A stretch of DNA of 43,467 bases from Vitreoscilla sp. (GCA_045810265.1 JBJMWF010000316.1:1-43467), one strand, 5' to 3'; positions 28,715-38,621 are shown, counted from the stretch's first letter. Translations and numbers: made by a program. Notes: generated from the letters alone by a model not told the origin.

Positions 28715-29998
28715 ATGACGACTCCTATCCAAGCGAGCGCCTTGCGCATTGGCATGTTCGTTCATCTGAACGTCGGCTGGATGTCGCACCCGTTCCCGCT
28801 GTCGAGCTTCAAGCTGACCTCCAGCGAACAGATCGAGACGATCCGTTCGCTCGGCCTGGCCCGCCTGACGTGGAGCCCCGAGCGCAGCGACATCGAGGAG
28901 CCGGCCGCCGACACGTCCGCCGCGGGCGTCGCCGACAGCCAGTCCGTCGAGCAGGAGGAGGCGCCCAAGCCGCTGGATGCGCGCCAGCTGGCCAAGCTGG
29001 CGCTCAGCGCGCAGATGGAGATCGCCCAACGCTGCGAGCGCCAGTTCACCGAGGCCTGCCGCGACCTGCGCCGCGCCAACGACAAGGTGCTGACCGACCC
29101 GGGCCAGGCCAACGCGGACGCGCAGCAGCTCGCGCGCGCGATCCTGGACAAGATGCTGGTCGAGGGCGAGCCCTGCCTGCGCGTGCTGGGCGAGATGTCC
29201 AGCGACCGCCACGCGGCGCATTCCCTGAACGTCACTGTCGTCGCATTGATGCTGGGCCGCCAGCTGGCGATACCTCGCAATGTATTGATGGAGCTGGGCG
29301 TCGGCGCCTTGATGCACGACGTCGGCAAGATCGCCCTGCCCGATCGGGTGCGCCTGGCGCGCGAGGATTTCAACTCGGGCGAAGCCGCGCTGTACCGCGA
29401 CCACGTTGCCCAGGGCCTGATCCTGGGCCGCCGCATGGGCCTGTCGGCCGACGCGCAGCTGGTCATCGCGCAGCACCACGAACTGGCGGACGGCAGCGGC
29501 TTTCCGAGCGCGCTGATGCTGCCGCGGATGTCGCTGCCGGCGCGCATCGTGGCGCTGGTCAACCGCTACGACAACCTGTGCAACGCGGCCTCGCCGGCGC
29601 AGTCGGTCACGCCGCACGAAGCCCTGTCGCGCCTGTTCGCGCAATGCCGCTCGAAATTCGACGAGACGCTGCTGAGCGGCTTCATCAAGATGATGGGCAT
29701 CTACCCGCCGGGCTCGGTCGTGCAGCTGAGCGACGACCGCTTCGCGATGGTGATGACGGTCAACGCGGTGCATCCGCTGAAGCCGCGCGTGCTGGTCTAC
29801 GACCCGGCCGTGGCGCTTGAGGACGCGATCCACCTCGATCTCGAGAAGACGCCGCAGCTGGGCATTCGCCGCAGCATGAAGCCGGTGCAGCTGCCCACGC
29901 GCGCCGTCGACTACCTGAAGCCGCGCCAGCGCATCTCGTACTTCTTCGACGTCGAAAGCGCGCCGAAGGAAGACGTGCGCGAAGAGGCCGCGGCATGA
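28715..29998 (+). CDS. HD-GYP domain protein with DUF3391-like N-terminus
   Basis: LRIGMFVHL...WMSHPF N-terminus; HSLNV, GALMHDVGK, QHHELADGSGFP, MGIYPPGSVVQL. AAGGA Shine-Dalgarno. Confidence 0.9.
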   Translation: MTTPIQASALRIGMFVHLNVGWMSHPFPLSSFKLTSSEQIETIRSLGLARLTWSPERSDIEEPAADTSAAGVADSQSVEQEEAPKPLDARQLAKLALSAQMEIAQRCERQFTEACRDLRRANDKVLTDPGQANADAQQLARAILDKMLVEGEPCLRVLGEMSSDRHAAHSLNVTVVALMLGRQLAIPRNVLMELGVGALMHDVGKIALPDRVRLAREDFNSGEAALYRDHVAQGLILGRRMGLSADAQLVIAQHHELADGSGFPSALMLPRMSLPARIVALVNRYDNLCNAASPAQSVTPHEALSRLFAQCRSKFDETLLSGFIKMMGIYPPGSVVQLSDDRFAMVMTVNAVHPLKPRVLVYDPAVALEDAIHLDLEKTPQLGIRRSMKPVQLPTRAVDYLKPRQRISYFFDVESAPKEDVREEAAA

Positions 29999-32058
29999 CT
30001 GCCGCCGCGCCGCTCCTGGCGCAGGCCACCGGCAGGGAGTCGTTCAGCGGCCTGCTCGCCGCGATCGCCGCCCTGGGGCATGCGGCTTGGATCGTCGACG
30101 CGGCGCGAGGCCACATCCTGGCCGCCAACGCCGAGGCGGAGCGCCTGCTCGAACGCCAGGATCTCGCTGGCCTGGACGCCGATGATGCGATCCCCGAGCT
30201 CGAGGACATGGCCTACTGGGACGGCGTGCGCTGCGGGGTCGTCAGCGTGCTCGAGAGCGATACCGAGCTGCACCTGCCCGGCGGCCGCAACCTGGCCGTC
30301 TCGCGCCGCATCGCGCCGGTCTGGCTGGGCGACGGCACGCCGCTGTTCCTGGTGCAGGTGCGCGACCGCAGCGTCGAGCATCGCATCGAGCTCGAGCGCG
30401 AGACGGCGCTGGCCGAACTGCGCGCCACCCTCGAGGCGACGGCCGACGCCATCCTCGTGACCGACCTGCACGGCAAGATCCGCGCGTTCAACCGCCGCTT
30501 CGCCCGCATGTGGTCGCTGCCAGACGCCGTGCTGCACGCCGGCGATGACCGCGCCGTGCACGAGTCGGTGCGCATGAACGTGATGGACGTCGACGGCTAT
30601 GACCGCCGGCTGGAGGAGGTCTACGCGCACACGCTGTCCGAGGCGGTGGACCGGATCGGGCAGGTCAACGGCGCGCTCATCGAGCGCCACGCGCAACCGC
30701 AGTGGAGCCACGGCCGGCCGATCGGCCGCGTGTTCTCGTTCCGCGAGACCAACCCGCACCGCGCCGGTTCGCCGCGCGAGCCGGGCAACCGCGGCGTCGA
30801 CCAGCTCACGCACCTGCCCAATCGCACCGGCTTCCTGCTGACGCTGGAGGACGCCCTGCGTTCTAGCCATCAGAGCGCCGGTTTCGCCGTGCTGTGCATC
30901 GAATTCAATCGCGACGCCCTGTTCGGCGAGGGCGGCGACAGCGCCTACGGGGCGCGCCGCCTGTCCGAGCTTGCGGGCCAGGTGCGCGGCGCGATGCGCC
31001 AGCCGCACCACTGCGCGCGCCTGGGCGGCAGCCGCTTCGGCGTGCTCATGGCCCACGCCAGCGAGGCCGCCGCCGAGGCCGCGGCGCGCCGGCTGATCGA
31101 CTCGCAGCAGCGCGACTCCGGCGTGCCGGTGGCCATCGGCATCGGTACCTATCCGGGGATCGGCCTGTCCGCCGACGAGATCCTGCGCCACGTCGAGATC
31201 GCGATGCACCGCGCGCAACAGGCCAGCCGCTCGTCGTTCGCGGTGCACAAGTTCGGCTTCGAGTCCTGGCAGCGCAAGCGCGACCGCGTCGAGGCGGGCC
31301 TGCTGCGCGCGGCCGAGGAAGGGCGCTTCCGGTTGGCGGCGCAGCCGCGCTTCGACACCGCCACCGGCCTGGCCGTCGCGCTGGAGGTGCATCTGCGCTG
31401 GCGGGATCGCGAACTGGGCGAGGTTGCCGCCAGCCAGTTCATGGGCGTCGCCAAGGAGCGTGGGCTGCTTGGTGCGCTCGACGACTGGGTCCTCGAGCAT
31501 GGCCTGTTGCAGCAGCGCCGTTGGCGCGAGGCCGGGCATGCGCTGCGGCTGAACATCAACGTGTCCGACTGGCGGTTGACCCAACCGGGCTACGCGCGCC
31601 GCGTCGCCGCCGCACTGGAAGCCGCCGGCTGCGCGCCGTCCGAACTCGAGATCGACATCGCCGAATCGGCGCTGCACACCGAGCCCGACACGGCGCTCGC
31701 GACGGTGCGCTCGCTGGCGCGCCAGGGCGTGCGCGTGATGCTCGACGGCTTCGGCGATGGCCCCAGCGCGCTCGCCTCGCTGCAGCGGCTGCCGCTGGCC
31801 GGCGTCAAGCTGGCCCCGGCGCTCGCACAGGCCTGTGCCGGCGCAGGCGCCGAAGCGCGCTGGGTGCCGGCGCTGGTGCAACTGGCGCACGCGATGCAGC
31901 TGGAAGTGCATGCCATGGGCGCCGACACCCAGCTGCAATGCGCGGCGCTGATCGCCGCCGGCTGCGACGGGCTGCAGGGCCGCCGCCTCGGTTCCTGGAT
32001 GGAAGAGCGTGCGCTCGAGTCCTGGTTCAGCCTGCCGGCCTCGCAGCGACGGCTCTAG
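29995..32058 (+). CDS. PAS-PAS-GGDEF-EAL protein with both catalytic motifs degenerate
   Basis: Two PAS-like segments; DQLTHLPNR but RLGGSRF in place of GGDEF; EVHLRW, LDGFGDG and HAMGAD in place of EAL, DDFGTG and AEGVE. ATGA overlap with the upstream HD-GYP gene. Confidence 0.88.
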   Translation: MTAAAPLLAQATGRESFSGLLAAIAALGHAAWIVDAARGHILAANAEAERLLERQDLAGLDADDAIPELEDMAYWDGVRCGVVSVLESDTELHLPGGRNLAVSRRIAPVWLGDGTPLFLVQVRDRSVEHRIELERETALAELRATLEATADAILVTDLHGKIRAFNRRFARMWSLPDAVLHAGDDRAVHESVRMNVMDVDGYDRRLEEVYAHTLSEAVDRIGQVNGALIERHAQPQWSHGRPIGRVFSFRETNPHRAGSPREPGNRGVDQLTHLPNRTGFLLTLEDALRSSHQSAGFAVLCIEFNRDALFGEGGDSAYGARRLSELAGQVRGAMRQPHHCARLGGSRFGVLMAHASEAAAEAAARRLIDSQQRDSGVPVAIGIGTYPGIGLSADEILRHVEIAMHRAQQASRSSFAVHKFGFESWQRKRDRVEAGLLRAAEEGRFRLAAQPRFDTATGLAVALEVHLRWRDRELGEVAASQFMGVAKERGLLGALDDWVLEHGLLQQRRWREAGHALRLNINVSDWRLTQPGYARRVAAALEAAGCAPSELEIDIAESALHTEPDTALATVRSLARQGVRVMLDGFGDGPSALASLQRLPLAGVKLAPALAQACAGAGAEARWVPALVQLAHAMQLEVHAMGADTQLQCAALIAAGCDGLQGRRLGSWMEERALESWFSLPASQRRL

Positions 32059-32083
32059 GCCGCGTCACCGGCCCGAGGAGAAC

Positions 32084-32236
32084 CTAGGCGTCCTGCATCT
32101 GGTCCTCGCCGCCCAGGTTGGGGGCGATGTCCTCTTCCAGGTCGAGGTCCTCGGCCGGCGCCTCGCCGTCATGCCGGGGCGGAGGCGTCGGAAGGGCGTC
32201 GGGCGGGATGGATGGCGGGTGGGCGGGCGTGCTCAT
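32084..32236 (-). CDS. Small Pro/acidic hypothetical protein (50 aa)
   Basis: MSTPAHPPSIPPDALPTPPPRHDGEAPAEDLDLEEDIAPNLGGEDQMQDA; GAGAGGA Shine-Dalgarno upstream of ATG 32236; fills an otherwise empty gap. Confidence 0.55.
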   Translation of the reverse strand: MSTPAHPPSIPPDALPTPPPRHDGEAPAEDLDLEEDIAPNLGGEDQMQDA

Positions 32237-32303
32237 GGGAGTCCTCTCGGTGACGGAGCGATGGCTGCAATTCTGATACTGGGCACGGCGGCCTGCCCCG
32301 CCG

Positions 32304-32321
32304 CGTAGGACAGGCACTACA
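32304..32321. promoter_or_regulatory. 18-bp palindromic operator candidate (GTAG-N8-CTAC), site 1
   Basis: CGTAGGACAGGCACTACA between divergent small genes; 14/18 identical to the reverse complement of 33201-33218. Confidence 0.55.
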
Positions 32322-32409
32322 GGGCGTCGGGACACCGGCCGGCAGCCAGCGGCCCGTATTTCGCGCATCCTCGGGCCCACTGTTCCTCCAATCGCGAAAG
32401 CCGCCCCCG

Positions 32410-32667
32410 ATGTCCGCCCTCACCGTCCGCAACGTGCTGCCCGTCGTCACATCGGTGGTCGCCACACTGTTCCTGGCCACCGCCGTACCGCACGGCCTGG
32501 TGCCCGAGGCGGCGGCGTCCACGGTCAGCGCCGAAGTCCAGCGCTGCGTGGCGACCGGGCGCGAGACCGATGATTGTCTCGACGAGGTGGATGGCAAGGC
32601 CCTGATCGAGCGTGCCGAATGGCTGGCGCGCGAGGATGGCGCCTCCCGACCAGCGAGCCGCCAATGA
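32410..32667 (+). CDS. Small exported or membrane-anchored hypothetical protein (85 aa)
   Basis: Hydrophobic N-terminus, Cys pair (RCVATGRETDDCL); its stop overlaps the next start (ATGA). Confidence 0.6.
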   Translation: MSALTVRNVLPVVTSVVATLFLATAVPHGLVPEAAASTVSAEVQRCVATGRETDDCLDEVDGKALIERAEWLAREDGASRPASRQ

Positions 32668-33137
32668 CTCCCCGGGGCGCCACCGCCGATGCCGTGGGCG
32701 CCGCCCCGCGAAGCCAGGCGCGCGGCGACGGCGCGCCGGCCCGCGGGCTGGACGTCTATGTCGTCGAGGACAACGTCATCGTGCTCGAGAGCCTGATCGC
32801 CGCGCTCGAGGAACTCGCGCCGGTGCACGTGGTGGGCACCGCGGCCGACGAGAGCGTGGCCGTCGACTGGCTGCGCCGCGGTGGCACGCACTGCGACCTG
32901 GTGATCATCGACATCTTCCTGCGCACCGGCTCCGGCCTGGGCGTGATCGCCGCCGCCCGGCAGAGGCGCCCCGAGGCGGCGCTGGTCGTGCTCAGCAACT
33001 ACGCCACCGACGAGATGCAGGCGCGCTGCCTGGCCAGCGGCGCCGACCGCGTGTTCGACAAATCGCGCGACATCGACCAGCTGGTGGCCTATTGCATCGC
33101 GCTGTCCTCGCGCGAGCCGGGCGAGATGCCGCACTGA
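32664..33137 (+). CDS. Single-domain response regulator (NarL-type receiver without output domain)
   Basis: VYVVEDN, DLVIIDIFLRTGSGL, VVLSNY, GADRVFDKS. Start ATG 32664. Confidence 0.88.
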   Translation: MTPRGATADAVGAAPRSQARGDGAPARGLDVYVVEDNVIVLESLIAALEELAPVHVVGTAADESVAVDWLRRGGTHCDLVIIDIFLRTGSGLGVIAAARQRRPEAALVVLSNYATDEMQARCLASGADRVFDKSRDIDQLVAYCIALSSREPGEMPH

Positions 33138-33200
33138 TTCTTGCGTTGGCGAGCGGGTCTTGGCCCCCGCGGACGGCGCAGGCGCGCATGCTGCTTGCTC

Positions 33201-33218
33201 TGTAGTTCGAGTCCTACG
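33201..33218. promoter_or_regulatory. 18-bp palindromic operator candidate (GTAG-N8-CTAC), site 2
   Basis: TGTAGTTCGAGTCCTACG upstream of the ElaB-like gene; a degenerate copy TGCCGGTGTCCGCCGACA begins 22 bp later (33223-33240). Confidence 0.55.
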
Positions 33219-33364
33219 CCGGTGCCGGTGTCCGCCGACAAGCAGGCACGCCCCAGCCCTACCGGCAAGCGCAGGGCGGTCGCGCACACTCGAAACGTCT
33301 CTTCAGAGCTTTGGCCGCTACCCCCGGCCGCGGCGACGAATACAACTTACCAGGAGCTCACGAC

Positions 33365-33733
33365 ATGTCCGAAACCCAGCTGTCCACCGCCACGTACTCC
33401 GACCACTTCAACCGCGCCGCCGCGTCGCTCAAGGCCGCGGAACGCGATGCGCAGGCCGCCATCAACAGCGCCGTCGATGGCCTGGCGTCCGCCTACGGCG
33501 AGACCAAGCCGCTGCTGTCGCGCGCGAGCCAGCGTGCCCGCGAGATGGCGCACGATGGCTACGACGCTGCGCGCGAGCGCGCCGCGGTCCTGCGGGATCG
33601 CAGCCAGCAGGCCGTCGAATCGACGCGCGGCTACGTGCAGGACGAGCCGATCAAGTCGCTGCTGGTGGCCGCCGCCGTCGGCGCCGCCGTCATCGCCCTG
33701 GTCGAAGTGGTGCGCATCCGCCGCAATCGCTGA
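33365..33733 (+). CDS. ElaB/YqjD/DUF883-like tail-anchored protein
   Basis: Ala-rich helical body and C-terminal YVQDEPIKSLLVAAAVGAAVIALV...RRNR tail anchor; CAGGAG Shine-Dalgarno before ATG 33365. Confidence 0.8.
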   Translation: MSETQLSTATYSDHFNRAAASLKAAERDAQAAINSAVDGLASAYGETKPLLSRASQRAREMAHDGYDAARERAAVLRDRSQQAVESTRGYVQDEPIKSLLVAAAVGAAVIALVEVVRIRRNR

Positions 33734-33793
33734 TCCATTCCCCCGTAACGCCCGGTGGTTCACGACGAATCGCCGAGCGGATCGCGGACAATC

Positions 33794-33827
33794 GCGGCCA
33801 GGGCTTTCCCCCGGCCGCTTTTTTTTT
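33794..33827 (+). terminator. Rho-independent terminator after the ElaB-like gene
   Basis: GCGGCC...GGCCGC stem (33794-33818) followed by nine Ts. A GACAAT -10 candidate for the next gene sits at 33787-33792. Confidence 0.7.
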
Positions 33828-33840
33828 GGAAAAGCCAACC

Positions 33841-34140
33841 ATGATCTACAAGTTCAAGAGCAAGGCCACCGGCGACCTGATCATGACGCAGCCGGTCGCC
33901 GAGCGCGTGCTGTCGCTGATCGGCAAGCCCGCGACGCCGCAAGGCATCATCGAGGTGGACCAGCTGCCTGCCGCCATGAGCGCGCTGGAGGCGGCGGTGG
34001 CCACCGAAGGCCCCGGGTCCGCCGGTGCCGGCGACGCTGGCCCCACGGCTGACCGCGTCAGCCTGCGCCAACGCGTGTGGCCGATGGTGGAAATGATGAA
34101 GCGCACGCTCGCCGCCAAGCAGCCGATCACCTGGGGTTGA
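33841..34140 (+). CDS. DUF1840 family protein
   Basis: MIYKFKSKATGDLIM...GIIEVDQLPAA...VSLRQRVWPMVEM...ITWG. Confidence 0.85.
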   Translation: MIYKFKSKATGDLIMTQPVAERVLSLIGKPATPQGIIEVDQLPAAMSALEAAVATEGPGSAGAGDAGPTADRVSLRQRVWPMVEMMKRTLAAKQPITWG

Positions 34141-34169
34141 TGGGAAGACGCCATGAGGACATCCTTCGA

Positions 34170-34865
34170 ATGAGCCATGCGGAAGCGACGCGGCTGATCG
34201 CCGTGCGACATGGCGAGACCGCCTGGAACGTCGAGGCCCGGCTGCAGGGCCAGCTGGACATCCCGCTCAACGAGCGCGGGCTCGAGCAGGCGCGCCGCAC
34301 CGCCCACTGGCTCGCGGAGGATTGCCCGGACGTGGTCGTCAGCAGCGATCTGGCGCGCGCGCAGGCGACCGCGCAGGCGATCGCGAGCTTCAACCGCATC
34401 CCGCTGGAACTCGATGCCGGATTGCGCGAGCGCAGCTTCGGCGGTTTCCAGGGCATGACGCACACCGAGGTGGCCGAACGCTGGCCCGAGCTGTCGGCGC
34501 GCTGGAAGAGCCGCGACCCGGAGTACGCGCCGGGCGGCGACGGCGAATCGCTGACCGCGTTCTACGCGCGCTGCGTCGCCGCCACGCTGCGCATCGCCGA
34601 ACGCCATGCCGGCAAGACCGTGGTGCTGGTGGCGCACGGCGGCGTGATGGACTGCCTGTACCGCGCGGCCGCCCGCGTGCCGCTGGACGCCCCGCGCATC
34701 TGGCAACTGGACAACGCCGCCATCAACCGCCTGCTGCACACCAGCTCGGGCCTGACGATGGTGGGCTGGAACGACACCAGCCACCTGGACGTCGGCGCGC
34801 CCACGCTCGACGAATCGGCCGACAAGATGCCTGTGGCCGCGGCCCTGGCCGCGCGCACCGACTGA
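34170..34865 (+). CDS. Histidine phosphatase (phosphoglycerate mutase-like) family protein
   Basis: VRHGETAWN, QGQLDIPLN, SSDLARA, LRERSFG, VAHGG. Confidence 0.92.
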   Translation: MSHAEATRLIAVRHGETAWNVEARLQGQLDIPLNERGLEQARRTAHWLAEDCPDVVVSSDLARAQATAQAIASFNRIPLELDAGLRERSFGGFQGMTHTEVAERWPELSARWKSRDPEYAPGGDGESLTAFYARCVAATLRIAERHAGKTVVLVAHGGVMDCLYRAAARVPLDAPRIWQLDNAAINRLLHTSSGLTMVGWNDTSHLDVGAPTLDESADKMPVAAALAARTD

Positions 34866-34875
34866 ACGTCGGGGG

Positions 34876-35964
34876 TCAGAGCTCGGGTGGCAGGCCGAAC
34901 AGGTCGGTGCCCGTGCGCGCCGGTGGCGCCAGGCCCAGGTGCCGGTAGGCGGCCACCGTCGCGATGCGCCCGCGCGGCGTGCGCTGCAGGTAGCCCTGCT
35001 GGATCAGGTAGGGCTCGATGACGTCCTCGATCGTGCCCGGCTCCTCGCCGATGGCCGCCGCGACGTTGTCCAGGCCCACCGGCCCGCCGTCGAAGCGGTG
35101 GACGATGGCCTCGAGCAGCTTGCGGTCCATCACGTCGAAGCCTTGCGGGTCGACGTCCAGCATGGCCAGCGCAAGGTTGGCCACCGGCACCGTGATGCGG
35201 CCCTGCGCCTTCACGTCGGCGTAGTCGCGCACGCGGCGCAGCAGGCGGTTGGCGATGCGGGGCGTGCCGCGCGAGCGGCGGGCCAGCTCCAGCGCGCCCT
35301 CCGGGTCGATCGGCACGCCCAGCAGGCCGGCCGAACGGGCCACGATGCGCGCCAGCTCCTCGGAGGTGTAGAACTCCAGCCGCGCGACGATGCCGAAGCG
35401 GTCGCGCAGCGGATTGGTGAGCATGCCGGCGCGCGTGGTGGCCCCCACCAGCGTGAATGGCTGCAGGTCCAGCTTGATCGAGCGCGCGGCCGGGCCGTCG
35501 CCGATCATGATGTCGATCTGGAAGTCTTCCAGCGCCGGGTAGAGGATTTCCTCGACGACCGGCGACAGCCGGTGGATCTCGTCGATGAACAGCACGTCGT
35601 TGCGCTCCAGCCCGGTGAGGATGGCCGCCAGATCCTTGGGCTTTTCCAGCACCGGGCCGGAGGTCTGGCGCAGGTTGACGCCCAGTTCGGCCGCGATGAT
35701 GTGGCTCAGCGTGGTCTTGCCCAGGCCCGGCGGGCCGAACAGCAGCACGTGATCGAGCGATTCCGCGCGCTTGCGGGCGGCGCCGATGAAGATGTCGAGC
35801 TGTTCTCGCGCCTTCACCTGGCCGACATAGTCGTCCAGCCGCTTGGGGCGCAGGGCGCGCTCCATCGCCTCCTCGTTGGGCGACGTCGGGTTGGCCGCGA
35901 CGACCCGCGCGGGGCGCGGATCGCGAGCGCTGGAGCCGCCGAAATCGTCGGTCTGTATGGACAT
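34876..35964 (-). CDS. ruvB: Holliday junction branch-migration helicase RuvB
   Basis: [60 protein letters not shown]. Confidence 0.98.
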   Translation of the reverse strand: MSIQTDDFGGSSARDPRPARVVAANPTSPNEEAMERALRPKRLDDYVGQVKAREQLDIFIGAARKRAESLDHVLLFGPPGLGKTTLSHIIAAELGVNLRQTSGPVLEKPKDLAAILTGLERNDVLFIDEIHRLSPVVEEILYPALEDFQIDIMIGDGPAARSIKLDLQPFTLVGATTRAGMLTNPLRDRFGIVARLEFYTSEELARIVARSAGLLGVPIDPEGALELARRSRGTPRIANRLLRRVRDYADVKAQGRITVPVANLALAMLDVDPQGFDVMDRKLLEAIVHRFDGGPVGLDNVAAAIGEEPGTIEDVIEPYLIQQGYLQRTPRGRIATVAAYRHLGLAPPARTGTDLFGLPPEL

Positions 35965-36053
35965 TCAGTAATCATAACGGCGCCGGCGGCGGTCGCGAAG
36001 GGAACATTCCGCACCGCCGGCGGTTCGAACCCGGCTCACGTAACATTCGCGCC

Positions 36054-36476
36054 ATGAACAAATCCGTCCTTCTTCTCGCCCTGTCGTTGCTGGCCGCCGC
36101 CGCCCACGCCCAGGTCACCGTCGACAAGCCCTGGGTGCGCACCACCGTCGCCCAGCAGACGACGACCGCCGCCTACCTGACCATCACGTCGGCGCACGGC
36201 GGCAAGCTGGTCGAGGCCAGTTCGCCTGTCGCCGCCTCGGTCGAGGTGCACGAGATGAAGATGGACGGCAACCTGATGAAGATGCGCAGCGTCGACGCGC
36301 TGCCGCTGCCCGCCGGCCAGCCGGTGCAGATGAAGTCCGGCGGCTATCACATGATGCTGATGGGCCTGAAGGCGCCGCTGAAGGCCGGCGACGTGGTGCC
36401 GATCAAGCTGGTGGTCGAGGACGCGAAAGGCAAGCGCGAGACGGTCGACGTCAAGGCGACCGCGCGGCAGAACTAG
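36054..36476 (+). CDS. Periplasmic copper chaperone PCu(A)C
   Basis: Signal peptide, PWVR, and the exact H-x10-M-x21-H-x-M motif ([12 protein letters not shown]...GGYHMM). Confidence 0.93.
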   Translation: MNKSVLLLALSLLAAAAHAQVTVDKPWVRTTVAQQTTTAAYLTITSAHGGKLVEASSPVAASVEVHEMKMDGNLMKMRSVDALPLPAGQPVQMKSGGYHMMLMGLKAPLKAGDVVPIKLVVEDAKGKRETVDVKATARQN

Positions 36477-37045
36477 GACAGCGCCTTCATCGCCAGCTTG
36501 ATGCCGTCGCTGACCCCGACGTCCTTGGGCAGCCCCTTCATCGCCATCGCCGCTTCCTTCTCGTTGTAGCCCAGCGCGATCAGCGCCTGCACGATGTCGC
36601 CCTGCGCATCGCCGGCGATGGCCGCACCGCTGACGGCGAGCTCGGGCCCGAGCTTGCCCTTGAGTTCGAGCAGCAGCCGTTCGGCGGTCTTCTTGCCGAT
36701 GCCCGGCACCTTCTGCAGCCGCCCGCCTTCCTGGCGCGCGACGGCGCCGGCCAGGTCGCTCACCGACAGTCCCGAAAGGATGCCCAGCGCCGTGCGCGGG
36801 CCGACGCCCGAGATCTTGATCAGCAGCCGGAACGTGGCACGCTCCTCGTCGCTGAGGAAGGCGAACAGTTGCTGCGCGTCCTCGCGCACCACGAAGTGGG
36901 TCAGCAGCGTGACCCGTTCCCCCAGGCCGGGAAGGTTGCAGAACGTGCTCATCGGCACGTCGACCTCGTAGCCCACGCCTTGCACGTCCAACAGAACCTG
37001 CGGGGGCGTTTTTTCCGCGACGATGCCCGTGAGACGACCGATCAT
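36473..37045 (-). CDS. ruvA: Holliday junction DNA-binding protein RuvA
   Basis: [56 protein letters not shown]. Confidence 0.98.
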   Translation of the reverse strand: MIGRLTGIVAEKTPPQVLLDVQGVGYEVDVPMSTFCNLPGLGERVTLLTHFVVREDAQQLFAFLSDEERATFRLLIKISGVGPRTALGILSGLSVSDLAGAVARQEGGRLQKVPGIGKKTAERLLLELKGKLGPELAVSGAAIAGDAQGDIVQALIALGYNEKEAAMAMKGLPKDVGVSDGIKLAMKALS

Positions 37046-37101
37046 GGGGTCATTATCGAATGCGGGGACAATGATTTCCTGATGTTCAACGAACTAAACC
37101 C

Positions 37102-38169
37102 GTGATCGTCCGCCGCGCCTTTTCCCCGCCCGACAACGAACGCCTCGCGCACGTCTGCGGCGTCCTCGACGAGAACCTGCGCGCCATCGAGCAGGGTCTC
37201 AACGTCGTCATCACGCGGCGCCAGGAGCACTTCCGCGTCGAGGGCGGACGGCTGCAGGCGCCGCGCGCAATGGCGCTGATCGAGGCGCTGTACGAGCGCA
37301 GCGGCCGGCCCATCGACGAAGAACAGCTGCAACTGCTGCTCTACGAGGCGCAGCGCGACGTCATCCAGGGCCACGCCAAGCCGGTGGCGCCGGCGGAAGT
37401 CTCGGCCGGCAGCGAGATCGTGCTGCACACGCGGCGCGCCAACCTGATCGGGCGCACGCCCAACCAGGTGCAGTACCTGCGCCAGATCCTGTCGCACGAC
37501 ATCACCATCGGCCTGGGGCCGGCCGGCACCGGCAAGACCTTCCTGGCGGTGGCCTGCGCGGTCGATGCGCTCGAGCGCGCCAGCGTGCAGCGCATCGTGC
37601 TGACGCGCCCGGCGGTCGAGGCCGGCGAGCGGCTCGGCTTCCTGCCCGGCGACCTGTCGCAGAAGGTCGACCCCTACCTGCGGCCGCTGTACGACGCGCT
37701 GCACGACCTGATGGGCTTCGAACGCGTGACCAAGGCCTTCGAGCGTGGTGCCATCGAGATCGCGCCGCTCGCGTTCATGCGCGGGCGCACGCTCAACCAC
37801 GCGTTCGTGATCCTGGACGAGGCGCAGAACGCCACGCCCGAGCAGATGAAGATGTTCCTGACGCGCATCGGCTTCGGCACCAAGGCCGTCGTCACCGGCG
37901 ACCTGACGCAGGTCGACCTGCCGCGCGGCGCGCGCAGCGGGCTGGCCGACGCGTCCGAGATCCTGCGCGGCGTCGCCGGCATCGCGGTGACGCAGTTCGG
38001 GGCGGCCGACGTCGTGCGCCATCCGCTGGTCGCCCGCATCGTCGAGGCCTACGAAGCGGCCGGATCGCGCAACGAGTCGGGCCCCGCGCCCGAGCGGCCC
38101 GAACGCGCGGCGCCCGCACCGGCCACCTTCCAGGAAGGCAAGCGCCGCAACGGCGGAGGGCGTTCCTGA
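37102..38169 (+). CDS. phoH: PhoH-family ATPase (YbeZ-like)
   Basis: [55 protein letters not shown]; coupled to ybeY. Confidence 0.95.
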   Translation: MIVRRAFSPPDNERLAHVCGVLDENLRAIEQGLNVVITRRQEHFRVEGGRLQAPRAMALIEALYERSGRPIDEEQLQLLLYEAQRDVIQGHAKPVAPAEVSAGSEIVLHTRRANLIGRTPNQVQYLRQILSHDITIGLGPAGTGKTFLAVACAVDALERASVQRIVLTRPAVEAGERLGFLPGDLSQKVDPYLRPLYDALHDLMGFERVTKAFERGAIEIAPLAFMRGRTLNHAFVILDEAQNATPEQMKMFLTRIGFGTKAVVTGDLTQVDLPRGARSGLADASEILRGVAGIAVTQFGAADVVRHPLVARIVEAYEAAGSRNESGPAPERPERAAPAPATFQEGKRRNGGGRS

Positions 38170-38621
38170 TGCCGCGCGCCGCGCTGCCCGATCTGCAACT
38201 GAGCCTGCAGTTCGCCGATGCCAGCCATCGCGCGCTGCTGCCGCGGCACAAGGTGGTCCGCTGGGTCCGCGCCGGCCTCGAGCTGCCGGCCGCCATCACC
38301 GTGCGCATCGTCGGCGAGGAGGAAGGCCGCACGCTCAACCGCGAATACCGCCAGAAGGACTACGCCACCAACGTGCTGACCTTCGACTACGTGCAGGAGC
38401 CCCAGATCGAGGCCGACCTGGTGCTGTGCGCGCCGGTGGTCGAGCGCGAGGCGCGCGAGCAGAAGATCGACCTGGCCGCGCACTACGCCCACCTGCTGGT
38501 GCACGGCACCCTGCACGCGCAGGGCTACGACCACGAGGACGATGGGCCGGAGGCCGCGTGCATGGAAGCGCGCGAGACCGCGGTGCTGGCCGGGCTCGGC
38601 TTCGCCGATCCCTACGCCTGA
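38169..38621 (+). CDS. ybeY: rRNA maturation endoribonuclease YbeY
   Basis: [32 protein letters not shown] zinc motif. Confidence 0.96.
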   Translation: MPRAALPDLQLSLQFADASHRALLPRHKVVRWVRAGLELPAAITVRIVGEEEGRTLNREYRQKDYATNVLTFDYVQEPQIEADLVLCAPVVEREAREQKIDLAAHYAHLLVHGTLHAQGYDHEDDGPEAACMEARETAVLAGLGFADPYA

